From the NCBI GenBank assembly GCA_036172245.1, contig JAYWIR010000021.1, positions 1,984,001 to 2,048,000 on the forward strand: DNA of 64,000 nt. Reading direction: 5' to 3'. A model generated the notes under the pieces. It worked only from the letters and a program-made list of their open reading frames with translations. It did not search any database and was not told where the DNA came from. The position numbers and the translations under genes are program-made. Within the stretch, counting starts at the first letter, position 1, and every line of letters begins with the position of its first letter. Positions 9,601 to 22,824 of the stretch are shown in pieces. This DNA comes from Raillietiella orientalis. Its lineage: Eukaryota.

Positions 9601-12600
9601 GGAAGCCGGGGTGACCACGGGGCCGCTTCGGGCGCCAGCGATGCTCAGGGGACTGCTGCTTCCTCATCTCGGAAGAGGGAAAGGTTGCCACGGCGGGCAC
9701 TCCGCTCGCGCGTCAATGAAGCCTTCCCTTTTGATGGTCAAGAACTGGGGCGGGAGCCGAGAGGAGAGGCGGTCGAGAATTGGGACGGAAATGTGGAGGG
9801 GAGACCGAGAAGGCGGGGGAAGAGGGAAGTGCCAAAGACCACCTATGGCTCTCCACCCGAGTTTGCAGGTGGGCGCGCCACCCATATTCCCTTTCTGCGC
9901 CCTGCAGAGGGAGGAGAACGGGGCGAGGCTTCGTGGTTGACCCCGTCCAGGCCAGGCCAGCGAGTGACGCCGGATGGAAAGGGGGAGGCAGGTAAGAGCC
10001 GCGGACTCTTCCCGACGTTCCTTCGAGCCGCGAGGAAGCGGACCATGGACCGAGCGGCAGCCGGAGATGAGCCGGCGACCATCTCGGCCAGTACGACACC
10101 GTGGGTGGAACTGCTCGACGCTACCTGCGAGGCCTCTCACACTGCGAGGGGGTAGGGAGCTCCCCATTTCTCTAGGGGAGTGTGCCATGAGGGACAGGAA
10201 AGACGCTCCCCCAACGTTGTGGAGGGTGGGGGAGTCGAGAGGCAGCCAGAAGGAGGCTGGCGACCAGCTTGGCGTCCGGTCGAGAGAGACCTTCTTCCTC
10301 CCGAGGATCTTTCAGATTTCCAGTCTGTTCTGCGGGTCGGCGGGGTCAGAACCGGCTCACTCCCGCAGAGGAATGGCGGGACGCTGACTCCCCGCGCGAG
10401 TCCCGACAGGCCCGTCGAACGCCACCGCCATCCTTCAGGCCGAAGACTCGGGCGGCCGACTGGAATTCGGGGCGACGCAATCCGATGACTCCCTCCCACA
10501 CGTCTTTACTCCGAGAAGGAGGGCTGACCTACGATCCTCCGGACCCACTGACTAGGAGGCTGCTGCCGTGGACCCAGTCGGGCTCCACCTCTTTCCTAGA
10601 ACCCCTCAAAGCCATGAGTCCGAGTGTCCCGGTGGCCCCTGCTCCCATCTCTATTCACTACTGAGCAGAGTGCAGTTGGGCCGAAAATCCCTCCGGGAGG
10701 AAGACCGGAAGAGTTCCGCGCTCTTCCCTCCTTGGGGAAGAGGAAGAAGCGATCCCGGGAGATGCAGACGTCTACATTCGCCCACAGCTGCGGTTGCGCA
10801 CTCGCCCCCTCGTTCCCCCCTGACGAACCGGCCATCCTGGCAACCGTTTTCCGAGAACCGTTGCTCTTGGACCCCCAGGAGCCGCCCACTCTACCCAGCT
10901 GGCCAGCTTCTGCGCGGGCCGGAAGCTGACCGGTTGGTGCCGACCGCGGATAGGAGACCTCCCGTCCGTTCTGTCGCCCGTAGGTGTAGTTTGTCCTCGA
11001 AATACTCGAGTACCCCCTTTGGGCGTCCCAGCCTACCCCTGGATTTCTGCGCCGGCCAGCGAGGGAGGAGGTTCCTTGGCGACCCCGAAACCTGCTCGCT
11101 GAGTGCAGGAAGTGGCGTGCTCCTGCGTTGCAATCCGATGACCCCGGGACAGTCGCTTGAAAATAAACACACACCCAAGTCACTGGGAACCGAGTTCCTG
11201 GAAAACAGAAACGACAAAGAAGTCCAGCGTAAATGACCACCGGTCGGCTTTTGAGGAAGTCCGGAGTGGGAGGGAGGAGACAGCAAATAATTAAAAAACA
11301 GAAAAGGGGGAAGGTGGGGAGGGAAAGATCTCTGGTATCAGCCACTCCTTCGTTCCTGTAAATGGCGCTGGATGCTGTGGGTCTCCATGGCGACCTCCTC
11401 TCGCAGGTGAGGCCGTCCTGCGGCCCTCCACACCGTGAGTTCTCCTTGCGCGAAGAATCGACGCAGCAGGTCATGGGCGGCGTCCTCCGGTTCGCGGAGC
11501 GCTAAAGGCAGTCTCCTTCAGGTTCCCCGATGGCGCCTCTGCCCATCAAGAGACGGCGGAATGATCCCACTGCCCCGCACTTCGAGCGGTTTGGGGACAC
11601 AACTTCCCCGGGAGCCAGGCGCCTGCGCCGGTCGCACCGGATCCGCTAGAGCCGAGAAGCAGCGAAAGCATCCTGTTTCCACGGCAACGACGAGCAGCCC
11701 GTTGAGTCCGCGGCGGAGACGCATGCGGAGCATCTCGGCATCGACGCGGATGTGACCTTCGAAATGACGACGACCAAGGTGCGCCTGAGGCTCGAAGGCT
11801 TCAGGTACTGACCTCAAGGCGCAGAAAGAAAGTGAGCGAACGGAAGAGGACGGGCATCATCCTGAACGCCGACGTTCCCCTGGAGGACGCGCTCCTGGAG
11901 CGCGGCGAATCGGGTGTCCTGCGCACTGTCCAACGCTCCTTCACGCGGCATCGCGTCCCGTGAAGATTGGCCACCACAGAGTCCTCGCAAGGTCTCCCCG
12001 GGGCACGCAAAGCCCCTCTTCCTCCTCCTTCCTTTCTACTCCTCTTCCTCTCATACTACTGCTACTACTGCTATTACATCCCTCCTCCTCTTACTCCCTT
12101 CCTCCTCCTCCTCCTCCTCTCTTTCTTCCTCCTCCCTTTCTCCTTTTTCCTTCGAGTTTTGCCCCGCTTCGTCGGCAAATGTCCCGGAGGCATCGTTGGT
12201 TGCGCGCTGGCAGCTTACTGATTGAGGTCCGAGGTCCTCACAAAAAGGAGACATAAGAAGGGAGGGAGCGAAGGAAGAAAAAAACACGAAAGTTCTCCGA
12301 GAAGAAATTCGGGAGAGCAGGGGAGTGGCGTCACGATCCGAAAGATCAAGACAGAGATGCTGAAGACGCAGTCGGAGACTTCCGGGATCGTATCCGGCAC
12401 TGCGTGGAGTCGTACTGGATGACAGGGTCCAATTCACGCCAGCCACCTCAAGCTCTTCGACCCGGGCAAGAAGCTCATCATCGGTCGCCACTGCAACAGA
12501 ATCTGCAGCCGGATGACCCACGGAGATCGAACATGAGCAGCGGCTGCTTCGCACGGCACGGCGGGAACCCGCTCAGCCGCCGTCGGCGGCGACCCTATCC

Positions 12601-12920
12601 TGAACGAAACGAGTACGCCCGGAAGCTGGGAGGATACGTCAACGAGCAGAGCACCGTCCCCAGCATGCACACTTGGACCTCCTGGCTGAGATGGGCCATT
12701 GAGACGTCTCTGTTGACCGACTCCCCAACCAGGAGGGGATTAGCGATACGCCGGAGGTGACCGAGAAAGAGGCGACCTACGAAGAGATGCAGAAGCGCCG
12801 CCGCGGTGGAGCGGACACATTGGAAAGGACGGCTAGGAGCACCGGAGGGGGAAACTCCGAAGGACTCGTTGATTCCAGGAGGGCGTGGCTGTCCTCCGCC
12901 GCGAACGGTGAGCTCTCATA
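9600..12920 (+). mobile_element. Degenerate LINE 5' portion (ORF1-like region, CT-rich spacer, APE remnant)
   Basis: RFLGDPETCSLSAG and CGPPH resemble ORF1 zinc-knuckle regions; CT-rich tract 12015-12150; then SSANV, RRGLAI and GLVDSRRAW...LSY resemble APE motifs; many frameshifts. Confidence 0.35.
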
Positions 12921-13720
12921 TGTCCGTGTTGGCGGCCTGTGAGAAGCTGCGGCTCCGCGCGCGAGCGGCACCATCAGGAGTCGCTGGTTCGAATCCCGCC
13001 CGGGAAACGGGTGCGTCGTGGGTTCCGAGTATCCCCTCGCATATCAGCGGATGGCGCTGGTGGGGCCTCTGTTGGCTTCGGGGCGTGGACGGCACTGGTG
13101 GATGCTCTCCCGTTGACCGGTCGGGATTGGGAGTCGACCCTCCGGGGTCCCTCTCAGAAATCAATGAGTCCCTCCGTTTGTGAAAAAAAGTCCTTCCATC
13201 CCTCCATGTCTTTGTCCTACCAATTCCCGAGGGGAGGGACTCTCCCTCGCGTAGAGTGGAGCTGGTTGATGCCTCTCCAGAGGGTTCATACCCTCTTCAG
13301 AGGATCAGGAAGCGCGCTGCTCCCTTCGGGGAACGCCCTTCAGCATTCTCTTCGGAGGAGGGAGGAATCGGGGAGCGGTTCTCTTGTGGGGGTTCCCTCC
13401 GGAGGAGAAATTCCAGGAGTGGATCGTTTTTTCAGGGTTCTCTTTGGAGAAACTGCCCCTCACGAACCGGGGGTCTCTCCGGAAAGAATGAGGGAAAGGT
13501 ATTCCTCCTTCGGGATTCCCTCCCGGGAGCGAGGGAGGAACACGTACTTCTTCCTCCTCTGGAGCCCTTCCTGGATTCATGGGGTGGTCCCCTCCAGGGA
13601 TCGCCCTTTGACTTGAAAGACTAAGGCTCATTCTCGGATGGCATGAAACGGCTCTCGAAGAGCAGCGTGCCCTCCCGCCCCTCCAAGGAGGCAAGCGGTT
13701 CCCGAGTGCTTAGCAACTTC
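12921..13720 (+). mobile_element. tRNA-derived SINE-like repeat
   Basis: B-box GGTTCGAATCCC at 12986-12997, then GGGTGCGTCGTGGGTTC; hairpins TCCC-TTCG-GGGA and CTC-TTCG-GAG; CCCTTCCTGGATTCAT.GGGTGGTCCCC shared with 7530-7560. Confidence 0.75.
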
Positions 13721-14779
13721 TCCCCAAGAGGGCGCTCTCGGAACGCTTGCGAAGGTCTCCCCCCCTCTCCCGGCTGAGTAGCGCGCCACTGCCACCTACG
13801 ACGACGACCCTAGTTAGCGGCAGCGAAGGAGTAATTGGCGATTTCGCCCCCCGTAACTCTTTGGCGAGGATCCGCTGCTGCTGCTGCTGCCGCCGCGTTC
13901 CAAGTTTTACATCTGTTTAAATTGCATCATCTTCCCTTCATTTGGCGCGCGGAGTCCTCCTCCTCCTCGCCAGCGGGAAGGAAGGAGGGAGCAGAATGCA
14001 GTTATCCCGTAATCGGATTACGTCGATTTTCATTGGCCGCGTGATCGATTCCCTGGTGTGCGACACGCGGCGTTCGGCGCTCCGGGGGAGTGGCGCCGCC
14101 TCGTCAAGTCCTCGGGCTCGCTCCTGATTGCGAGTGCCGCCGCGGCCTAACCCGTTTCTCCCGGTCGACTCCGGAGCGCCGCGTCATCCTTCGTGGTGAA
14201 TAATGAGCCCATCTGCCTCGAGACCGCGGAGGGATTGCAGGATCCTCATTCCTTCCGAGGAGGAAACCGATTCCGGACTGACGACGGGATGAGCCGAGAA
14301 AGAAAGCAATGGAAGGGGAGAAGAGAGAGGGGGGAAGTCGTCCGTGGCTCAGCGCTCCGAACGGAAGGAAGCAGCTGAAGGGAGAAGCAGGGGCGGGGGG
14401 TCGCTCGACACGCCGCGCCGGCCCACGAACGACCGCGCGCGGAGAGACGAAAAGACGGCGAGCTGCCCAGCCAGCAGCAGCTGCTGTTGCATCCGGGACT
14501 CGTGGCAGTGGGAGGAACCCGAGCGGCAAGCAGGAGCGGGTGGGGGTGCATCTCCCTCCGGAATCGGAAGGAGCACGGATCTCCTCACCCCGCGGATGAC
14601 CCCCACGGCTGCACGGAGGCCGCGACCCGCGAAAAATGAGGGCGGAAGGACGCCGCTGCCCTGCCGCTGCTTCCGAGAGTCCCTTCCGACCGGCTGAAGC
14701 AGGAAGCAGCAGCGCTCTACAGGGGAACCGAGGGGAGGGGAGGTCACGGCGACCCGATACCGGAAGGCTCCATCTGAGC

Positions 14780-15000
14780 ATCGTCATTGGACAAGGATCA
14801 CCGGGAGTCCTCTGCATCCTTCCCAGGATGCCGGCAAGTTCCATTCGAGTGTGTCTCAGGTGAGGCCATCTAGCTGCCGTCCTCATGGAGCGCAGGGCAA
14901 TGCAGATGGCGTGACCTGCTAGGCGTGCCCCTCGAGGAACCTGTGGTCCCTTCCCCCGTATGCGGACGCCTCCGTGTTCCTCCCGCTCCGTTGGATGCCC
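14780..15000 (-). mobile_element. LINE ORF2 C-terminal fragment
   Basis: MRTAARWPHLRHTRMELAGILGRMQRTPGDP matches the family C-terminal motif. Confidence 0.65.
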
Positions 15001-15359
15001 TGCTGGTTTCCGGGGGAGCTACCTCTCCGAGACGCTTGAGGCTGCAGCCCGCACCTCCTGCTGGGCTGCAGTGCGCTGGAGGGCTTGTGGCAGAGACTTG
15101 AGACGGCACTTCGCCACCCGGAGGGTCCTCCACCCCCACTTCGGACTTGCTGCGACACTCAATAGGGATTGAAGACGGTAGCCGTGTGATCGCCACCGTT
15201 TGCTGCATCCGCGCCAAAGTGCAACAGCCCGCCATGTGCTGAAAGTCTCGTCTGCGGACAAGGGAGGTCACCAGCATGGCAGCCGGCCCCTCATGAAGGC
15301 GGATGAAAGTCATCTCCACCATACGCAGCCGCTTCTAGAAAGGAAGGAACGAATGAAAC

Positions 15360-15580
15360 TAAAACTCCTGTTTCTACCCTTCCTTTTTTTTTGTGTATGT
15401 TTATTGTCCCTTCCCTCCATTCCCTAGTTTTTTTGAAAACCGGCTTGAGTGCCGGTGGTCATCTCTGATGAACTCCTTTTTTTTTATGGGGATGGCGAGC
15501 ATCTCTTGTTGTTGATTCAGGGGACGCCTCCTGATTTGTGGTCTATTTTTCAAATAAATGTCCCGGCATCACAGGGTAAA
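15360..15580 (+). mobile_element. LINE 3' UTR fragment
   Basis: T-rich UTR ending AATAAATGT-CCCGGCATCACAGGG, a variant of the family terminal motif. Confidence 0.5.
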
Positions 15581-17429
15581 AACCTCGGACAAGTGGAAGA
15601 GGCGTGACGTCACTCCGAACCGAAGAGCTCGAACCGAAATCAAAGTTTGTTTCGCTGGCGAGGACAAGTGACCCCTCGTGAAGATGATTCGGACGCTGTC
15701 TCTCCCTCGTTCTTTTCTTTCCCTGAGGTCCGACGGGTGGCGCACGACATGCGATGCAGGCTGAGGGGTTGACTGCCCTTGAAGGAGTCGAGAATTGCTA
15801 CCACCCTCTTCTCTCCGGTAGCGACGAACGCGCACCGACTGGTGCATCCAGGGATGCATCCAGAATCGTCATCGGCTGGGATCTCTGTGCCAAGGACCCG
15901 CTCGGCCACCCGTTTCCCTTGGAAGCGCGACCCAAACAAAGCGCCAACCGGGGTACTCAAGAGCACCCGTTCCTTCCTCCTGATCCACCTCCTCCAGCAT
16001 GCAAAATCCCGGACTATAGAAAGCAAAAGCAGGATGCAAAAGAGGAGGCGAGTGGGGGAAACGGCAACGGCAAGAGAGATGCACCATCGACGATGAAAGA
16101 AGCCGAGCTGAGTCTCCATGCTGGCAACTGCGGAACGCAATGGCCTCGAGCAACAGATTTAAATGACAGGAGGAGATCCAATCAAAACTGCAGTGGAATT
16201 TGGAGGTAGGCTGAAGCGGAAAGGACTAGAAGGTCTATTTTTCCGAAGGACTAGAATTCTTTTAATAGGATAAAAAAAAAAAAAACGAGGAGAGACTCGC
16301 TCCTGTGCTCCCTACACTTCTTTCCTTCTTCCTTGATCCTGCTCGTTGAGATGATGCGGACGCCTCCCCTCTCTCTCTCGCTCTTTTCTTGCCCTGGATC
16401 CGAGGGGGGGGGGCGCAGCGCGCGTAGTTGCGTGGATGACTGCGCGTGCAGGGCAGACCGCCGCAGCAGCAGCGGTGGCTGCGTCTTCAGCTGGCAGCTG
16501 CGTCTCCGACGGCGCACGTTCTGGTTCGCCGTTGACCGCACTCTTTCGCGGTGGCGTTCCGGGAACGCGAGTCTGCCTCTTAATTGAAGGCGATGGGGGG
16601 ATTTGCCGGCGTAATCTGCCCGCGATGGCGTTTAGGTTCGCCCGGAACGCCGGCCCGGGGGTGTTTCACGACGTGGATCAAGCGGGGAGAGGGACAAATC
16701 ATGACGAACAGCGCCTCCCCATCGGAGGCAACGCGCGCCACCACACGCCCTAATGGGACGCTCTTTGTTTCGGTCCCGTCCTTGTCGCGGAAGAGCTATC
16801 GGTCCCTCCCCATCCCGAATTACACTTTAACGGATTTTCGTAAGGATAACAAGATTCGGGTAATCTCTGCTCCCGGATTAATCACGAACCTGGATCCAGG
16901 GGTAGCAGCGCCTCGGAGAAAGAGTTATTCCCGCTCCGCAGAGAAAGTCGCCAAGAGATCATTTGCACGAGAGCACCGAAAAGCGGCGCCTCCCCTCCTC
17001 CTCTCCCCCGCCCCCTTCCCAATCCTTACGCGAAACGCGGAGCGCCATATTTTTTTTTTTTTTTTTTTTTTCGAGCTCCTCTCCCTCGTTTGAGAGAAGG
17101 AAGCGCGGCTTCCCGGACTCCCCGCATCCGACGGCGACCTGCGGAGGATCCCGGAAACTCTTGCTGAACGTTCGCGTTGTGCGATGCTTTCGGGGACGGA
17201 ACCGCATCACCCCGGGGCTTCGGGATAATAGCGGGCTTGAAATTAGATAGAGCGCATTTAGGGAGAGGAGCAGATCCTCGAGAGGAAAAATTCTCCCCCC
17301 CCTCCCTTCCGCGCACGAAGATTTTGGCAATCATGCAAATTTGCCAGAGGCGATGAGGTCTTTTCCTGGAATGAGCGATGAACTCGAGCCACGAAGTCCC
17401 CTCGCTGATTCTGCCGTGCGAGAAGACGG

Positions 17430-18225
17430 CGCCCACCTCAAGGGCCTACGGCCTCCGCGCGTGGCACCAACGGTCACGGATTCAAATCCCACCAGGGAGG
17501 GGGATCGATGCCAGAGAAGATGGAGCGGGAGGAAATGGGTGCGTCGTGGGGTTTCGACTCCCCCCGCAAGATGACGCTGGTTGGCCTCTGTTCGGGCGGG
17601 GCACCGGTGGAACCAGCCGGAAACCGGCTGCTCCCGTTGCGTGGCCGGGATCGGAAGTCGGCCTTCCGAGGAAGTCCCTTCCAGGAAGCAAGGAGTCCTT
17701 CCGGTTATGAAAAGTTCTCCCCCGAGGGGAGGAATCCTCCGTCGCGTATAATGGAGCTGGTTGATGCCTCTCCGCGCTGCTCTCTTCGGGGAGCGACTCC
17801 AAGGTTTTCTTCGGAGGAGGGGAGGAAACAGGAAACGGTTCCCTTGTGGGTGTTCCCTCCGGAGGAGAAATTTCAAGAGCGGATCGTTTTCGAGTTTCCT
17901 TCGGAGAGGCGGCCACTCCAAAGAGCAACCACAGCGAGCGTTCCCTTCGAGGTTCCCTCCCAAGCACGAGAGGAAGGAACTCCTCCCTCCGAAGCTTTCC
18001 TGGATCCATAGCGTGGTCAGCTACGGGGTCTCTTCCCCTCCTATAACTTGGATAGTGACGCGCACCCCCGGGTGGCGAGGACAGTGCTTCAGTACTCGAC
18101 GAACCCGAAGAAAAAAAAAAAAGGCTGGAAGGACATCAACGAAAACAAGGAACACCAAAAGGATTTTCACCATCCTAGGCCGACAGTGACCACCTCCCCT
18201 TGGACTTCGCTACTGACCTTTTTCC
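17430..18225 (+). mobile_element. Near full-length tRNA-derived SINE-like repeat
   Basis: GGATTCAAATCCCACC T-arm, GGGTGCGTCGTGGGGTTTCGACTCCC, CAAGATGACGCTGGTTGGCCTC (identical to 7036-7057), several CTTCGG hairpins, A-run + GGCTGGAAGGA, tail CTCCCCTTGGACTTCGCTACTGACC. Confidence 0.75.
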
Positions 18226-18229
18226 TTTA

Positions 18230-19580
18230 GCAATGCAAAAGGGAAGAAAAGGAGAAGGTGTCCAGCGATTTCCCCTCTATGCAAAATGTCAGCAGCAGCC
18301 AACCAAGGTCACCAAGAAAACGCACACACCCTGCTGGTACACCATCCACCGGCGGAATGCCAGGGCTCATCGGGTGCGCACAGAGAGCGCAACCGCAGCG
18401 GAACCAGCGCAGTTGGGTACGGGAGGTTTTCGTCGCGAAGGAGCACCCCTGAGAATTACCAGATTCCGTTCAAGGGAGGCTGGGGGGTCCGTTGGAATTG
18501 AGGAAAAGGCTTGACTTGGCTTTTTGCCCCGAGGTGGGAGCGCACCCGAATAGGACTAGAGGAGCGCTCCCGGGTCTCCAAAAAGCGGGGTTTCGGGTGT
18601 GGCACTGGGTGAAGATCCCGTGAAGAGTTCGTGGGCGAGAAGAACCTCCGTCGTTACCGTGCTGCCCTCCCTTAGGGAACACAAGGGCAGCAGCCTTACT
18701 AATAGATGGGGGGTGACTGTGGAAACCTTCGGAAGAAGGAAAGGACTGGGCGAATGGGCGGCGGGCCAGCTCACCGACGCTGCGACCCCGAGTGCTCGAT
18801 CTCTTGGATTTTTGCGATGAGGCGTGCTACTGGGTATTCCAGAGGATGACCTGCAGTGGCCCCCGGCGCTCATGAACACCCGCACCTTACCCTTAAAGTG
18901 GCAGGAGTCGGCATTGATGCTGAGGCACTAAGGCCTCCCGTGCAACGCCTGCCGACATCACTGGACACGGGAGAGTGGGGACCCCAAACTGTGCAAGGTA
19001 TGGGGAGCGGAAATCCTTTCTGCGCCTCTTAGTGAGCTGTGTTTCCCTCCAACCTCTTTGGGGACGCTTTGCTGCGGCCCTTGTAACCTCCGGCGACAAC
19101 TCCAGAGACATTTGAAAGAGCCTCTTCTTGCGAGGTGCCCTCACGCCAGCCAGCTCCTTAGCAGCACTTCGCTGCCTACGCGGCAATATAGTGGATGCAC
19201 GGTGCAGCTCCAGAGGAGGCCAGCACGACAGGGACATTATCTATTTTCACGTTCTCTTAATGAGAAAGGCGTCAAAATGACCCTATCTGGGAGCCTCTAA
19301 ACAGGAACTTGCCGGCATCCTTGCAAGGATGTAGAGGACGCCCTTCAGCACACAGTGATCCCTTCCCGAAACACCCCATTTTTTCGACTATATGTTTTTT
19401 CGTTTTATTTTTTTTTTTCTTTTTGTTCGTCTCCCCTTGCCCTGTGCTGCCGAAGATGACCCCGCCGGCCTGCGTGCCAGTTCCCGGAAGGTTCCTTCTC
19501 GTATTCATGAGTAACGTGGCAGGTTCTAACATCCTGCCACAGACACATCCTGCCACGCCCCGGTGTGACCGGGTGTCAAT
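18230..19580 (+). mobile_element. 5'-truncated LINE with zf-RVT C-terminus and 3' UTR
   Basis: TLPLKWQESALMLRH*GLPCNACRHHW...NCARYGERKSFLRLLVSCVSLQPLWGRF; ends CCCGGTGTGACCGGG (19559-19573). Confidence 0.78.
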
Positions 19581-19619
19581 CGAAAAGCAGGACGACACAA
19601 CAATTTGGAAAAAACGTCT

Positions 19620-21700
19620 TCGGCCGACCTCGCTTGCACGTAGAAGCAAAGTCCCTCAGCCCCGTGGCGTCGCAACCTCTCCAAAAGGAACCCCTGAAAT
19701 GCGGACCAGGAAGACAGCGCTCCTCCACCTGGAGAAACACCAGGCTTAGCTCCCGACTTCTCCCTGGCTTACCCGAGCCACCCTCTGATGTCGCCAACAG
19801 CAACGCAACTGGGGAACGCGAATCCTTCTCCGCTTCGGAGACGCAACCAGAATCCCGGCGCCTGCAGAGAAACATCATGGTGCCGACTGCCGAGGGGCAA
19901 ATTGCAACGGGTGCCTCAGGGACGCATTCGCCCAGCAACTCCTGTATTTGCAGGAAGCAGGGGCTCCATCCGCAGGTGTGGACCGGAAGACCCTGCCTTC
20001 GGGGCACGAGGGCAGGGCTTCGGCGTTCCTCTCCGAGGAAACGCGCCGTTCGCGGTGATAGGATGTTCGTTGGGAAAAACCCCGGAAATGGCGTTCGAGT
20101 GGCATCTGCAAGAAAGCACAACGGGACGGCTGGGGTCACCGCGAGCGATGCCCACACTGACTTCCCGTGGTAGGGAACTCACAGCTCCCTCTTCAGGAGT
20201 CTTCCTCAACGGCGTCATTTCCACCGGCTGGCCTACGAAGATGCAGGGAAGCCGTTGGGATTTTCCATTGCTTTCCGGTACGTCTGGAGTCGCAGGGATC
20301 GGAGGTCACTTGAAGCTGGTGGGACAGACGATGGCGCTCATTGGTAAGTTTCGGAGGCCGAGTCGGCCTCCACCGGCGGCTGGAAACCCTAAGATCCACG
20401 GATGCAGGCGTCTGCAGCCCCTGGAACTGGTCCTAAGAAAAGATAAACATTGGTCGTCGATCCTCTCGCGGGATGTGGTCGTCTTGCAGCTTTGCGCTGT
20501 CTTCCCAGATCCCGGCGAAATGACTTGTTTGAAAGAGCCTCTGGAAGGGTGGTGGAGAACGCACCTGGGAGGTCTCAACGTGTCTCTTGCACTGCGCCAC
20601 ATCCCGTCTTTGGGCGCAGCGGACACCGTCAAGGGGTCAGAAAAACTGGCAGCCGCTGGCGTGCTCGGAAGCAAGTCGAACCATCGTTCGCCAGTCGGGT
20701 GGGCGAGAAGGGCATCCCACGTTGAAAGCACGAGTCGACCTGCATATTTTCTAGAAAAAAAAGTACCTTCGGTCTGCTCTTGAATGCAGAACAATGGGAG
20801 AATGAGAAGATGAAGGGGAGAGCTGCAGCAGACACCCTTCAGAAAGGGTGCGGAGACTGTGTCCGGACGGTTCCCAACACAACAAAGATCACGACGGAAG
20901 GGAAGGTTCCCGAAACGGAGGGAGTCGACGAGTGCTGACTCGGATAGAAAGAGAGCGCATCCTTCCATCTACGCTTGTCTTCGGGATTTCGGAGGAAGAG
21001 GCACGAATGTTTCGAGAGCGGCTGCTGAACCATGGGCCGTATGGCTCTTCCCTGGTACGGGTGCCAACTCCAGCAAATGGTCGCCTTGGTCCAGGAGAAC
21101 GGATAGATTCCTTGCCATCCTGCCAGGTGCAGTGCCTGGAAACAGTAAATGACCTTGATCCGTTTTCCCGTGGATCTTGACCACCATTCTGCTGAACCAC
21201 ATAGCCAAAGCCTAGCCAAAGCGGCCGGGCTCAATGGAAAGGACGCGAACCGACGACGGCGCTGAGGTTCCTTTGCCCGAAGGCACCATCAGTTGCAGCT
21301 GACATGGCTCCCAGGATCTCCCCCTGCCCTCCAAGGTTGCCATCTCTGCAACTCTCGCTGCATTCTCCGCGAAGCCCAGGAACGCGAACTGGAGACCCTC
21401 GCGCCCGGAACCCTCCAACTCGGCCCAAGGCAGGATGACTGGAGCGTGCAGAAATCAATAGGAAGCGTTTCCAGGATTCCTCCTTTGAAAATTGAGGAAC
21501 TTTCGATTTCTTTTATTATTGGAGGAAGGGGAGGGGGAGCAAGAAGAGCAACACCAATGAGAATTCATCATGATCCGAGGCCACTTCATGGCCCAGGGCA
21601 GAGATAAACTCGCGACTGGTGGTCAGCAGGAAAAGGATTCCGGATGATTTCCCATTCCCGGTCGAAAGCAGACGATTCTGACAGGAGGAACTTTGAAAAG
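19620..21700 (-). mobile_element. Degenerate LINE ORF2 interior (RT domain to thumb region)
   Basis: SGILFLLTTSREFISAL (~21590-21645) resembles RT motif QG.PLSP.LF.L; downstream FAFLGF resembles the KYLG motif; heavily frameshifted. Confidence 0.45.
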
Positions 21701-22189
21701 GACCTCTTCTCCGTCCTCTCCGAGGACATCTCGGAGAGGACCACTCCTCGAAGTGCTATACGGGGTCGGTGAGCCGGCCCCTGGTTGTGCCGGCAGACAT
21801 TGGCAGCTCCGCAGCTGCCGGGAGCCTTTCAGGGCTTCGCCGCTGAATACCTGCGCGAGCGGAACCTCTCGAGGGTCAGGCGGATCCTCCACCGAAACTT
21901 GAGCCACACAAGGGCGAACGAGCGGGCAAAGAGAAGGAGAGGGCAGCACCGTTTGTATGGCGATCCCAGCTTTTGGGGAGGCCAGGAGTCCGGCCGAGGC
22001 AGCGCGGCCGATGTCATGATCGGCCAGTTCGCCGAGAGGGCGGCCGCTGAGGGTCTGGATACGTATCATGGAATTCAAGTACCCCGTGGGAGCACGAGAC
22101 AGCTGTAGGAGCCAGTGGAGGTTGCACCGGCAGGTAATAAGGGCTGACGACAGGTCGAGGAGCACCGTGGGTCGGCTGCCTCCGGCAGG

Positions 22190-22400
22190 AACGCCAGAGC
22201 GCTCTCGTAGAAGCTGACTTCCCTGAGTCTGGGGTCGGGTACAGCGCTTCAGCCTCCAAAAGATCCGAGGAATGGACAGCGGCGATTTTATGATCCAGGT
22301 CAGCGATCAGTTCGCGACTGGTGGTCAGCAGAAAGAGGATTCCGGACAGTTCGCCATTTCCGGCAGGAAGCAGACAGTTCCGACGGGGGGAACTCCTAAG
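22190..22400 (-). mobile_element. Second LINE RT-motif fragment
   Basis: 22313-22393 is a diverged copy of 21611-21692; encodes ELSGILFLLTTSRELIADL. Confidence 0.45.
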
Positions 22401-22404
22401 GGAA

Positions 22405-22812
22405 ACCTCCGAGGACCCCTCGGAGGGGACCGCTCCTGGAATTTCTTCTCTGGAAAAGCCACCTGCAAGGGGACTGCTTCTCTTTTCCTCCTCTGAAGAG
22501 AACTCTGAGGGCTGTTCCCCGAAGTGACCAGTGCGCTTATCCTTCACACTCTTGAGATGCAGCTCCCCGAAGAGGGTAAACCAACTCCTTGGAGCACCAC
22601 AGAGAATCCCCCCGGGACGACGAGGGTCATTTCCATTCACAAAAACTGGAGAACTTCTTGATTCCTGGAAGGACCCCGGAGGGTCAGTATCCCCATCCCG
22701 ACCGGTCAATCGGGACATCCGGTTTCCGGTTTACCACCAGTGCCGCACCCGGATGCAACAGAGTCCAGCCAGAGTCGTCCTGCGTACCCACGACGCACCC
22801 ATTTCCCAGGGG
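22405..22812 (-). mobile_element. SINE-like repeat body lacking the first tRNA head
   Basis: Reverse complement GGGAAATGGGTGCGTCGTGGG...CGGGTGCGGCACTGGTGG...CCTCCGGGGTCCTTCCAGGAATCAAG...CCCTCTTCGGGGAG. Confidence 0.72.
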
Positions 22813-22824
22813 CTCAATCCTTTA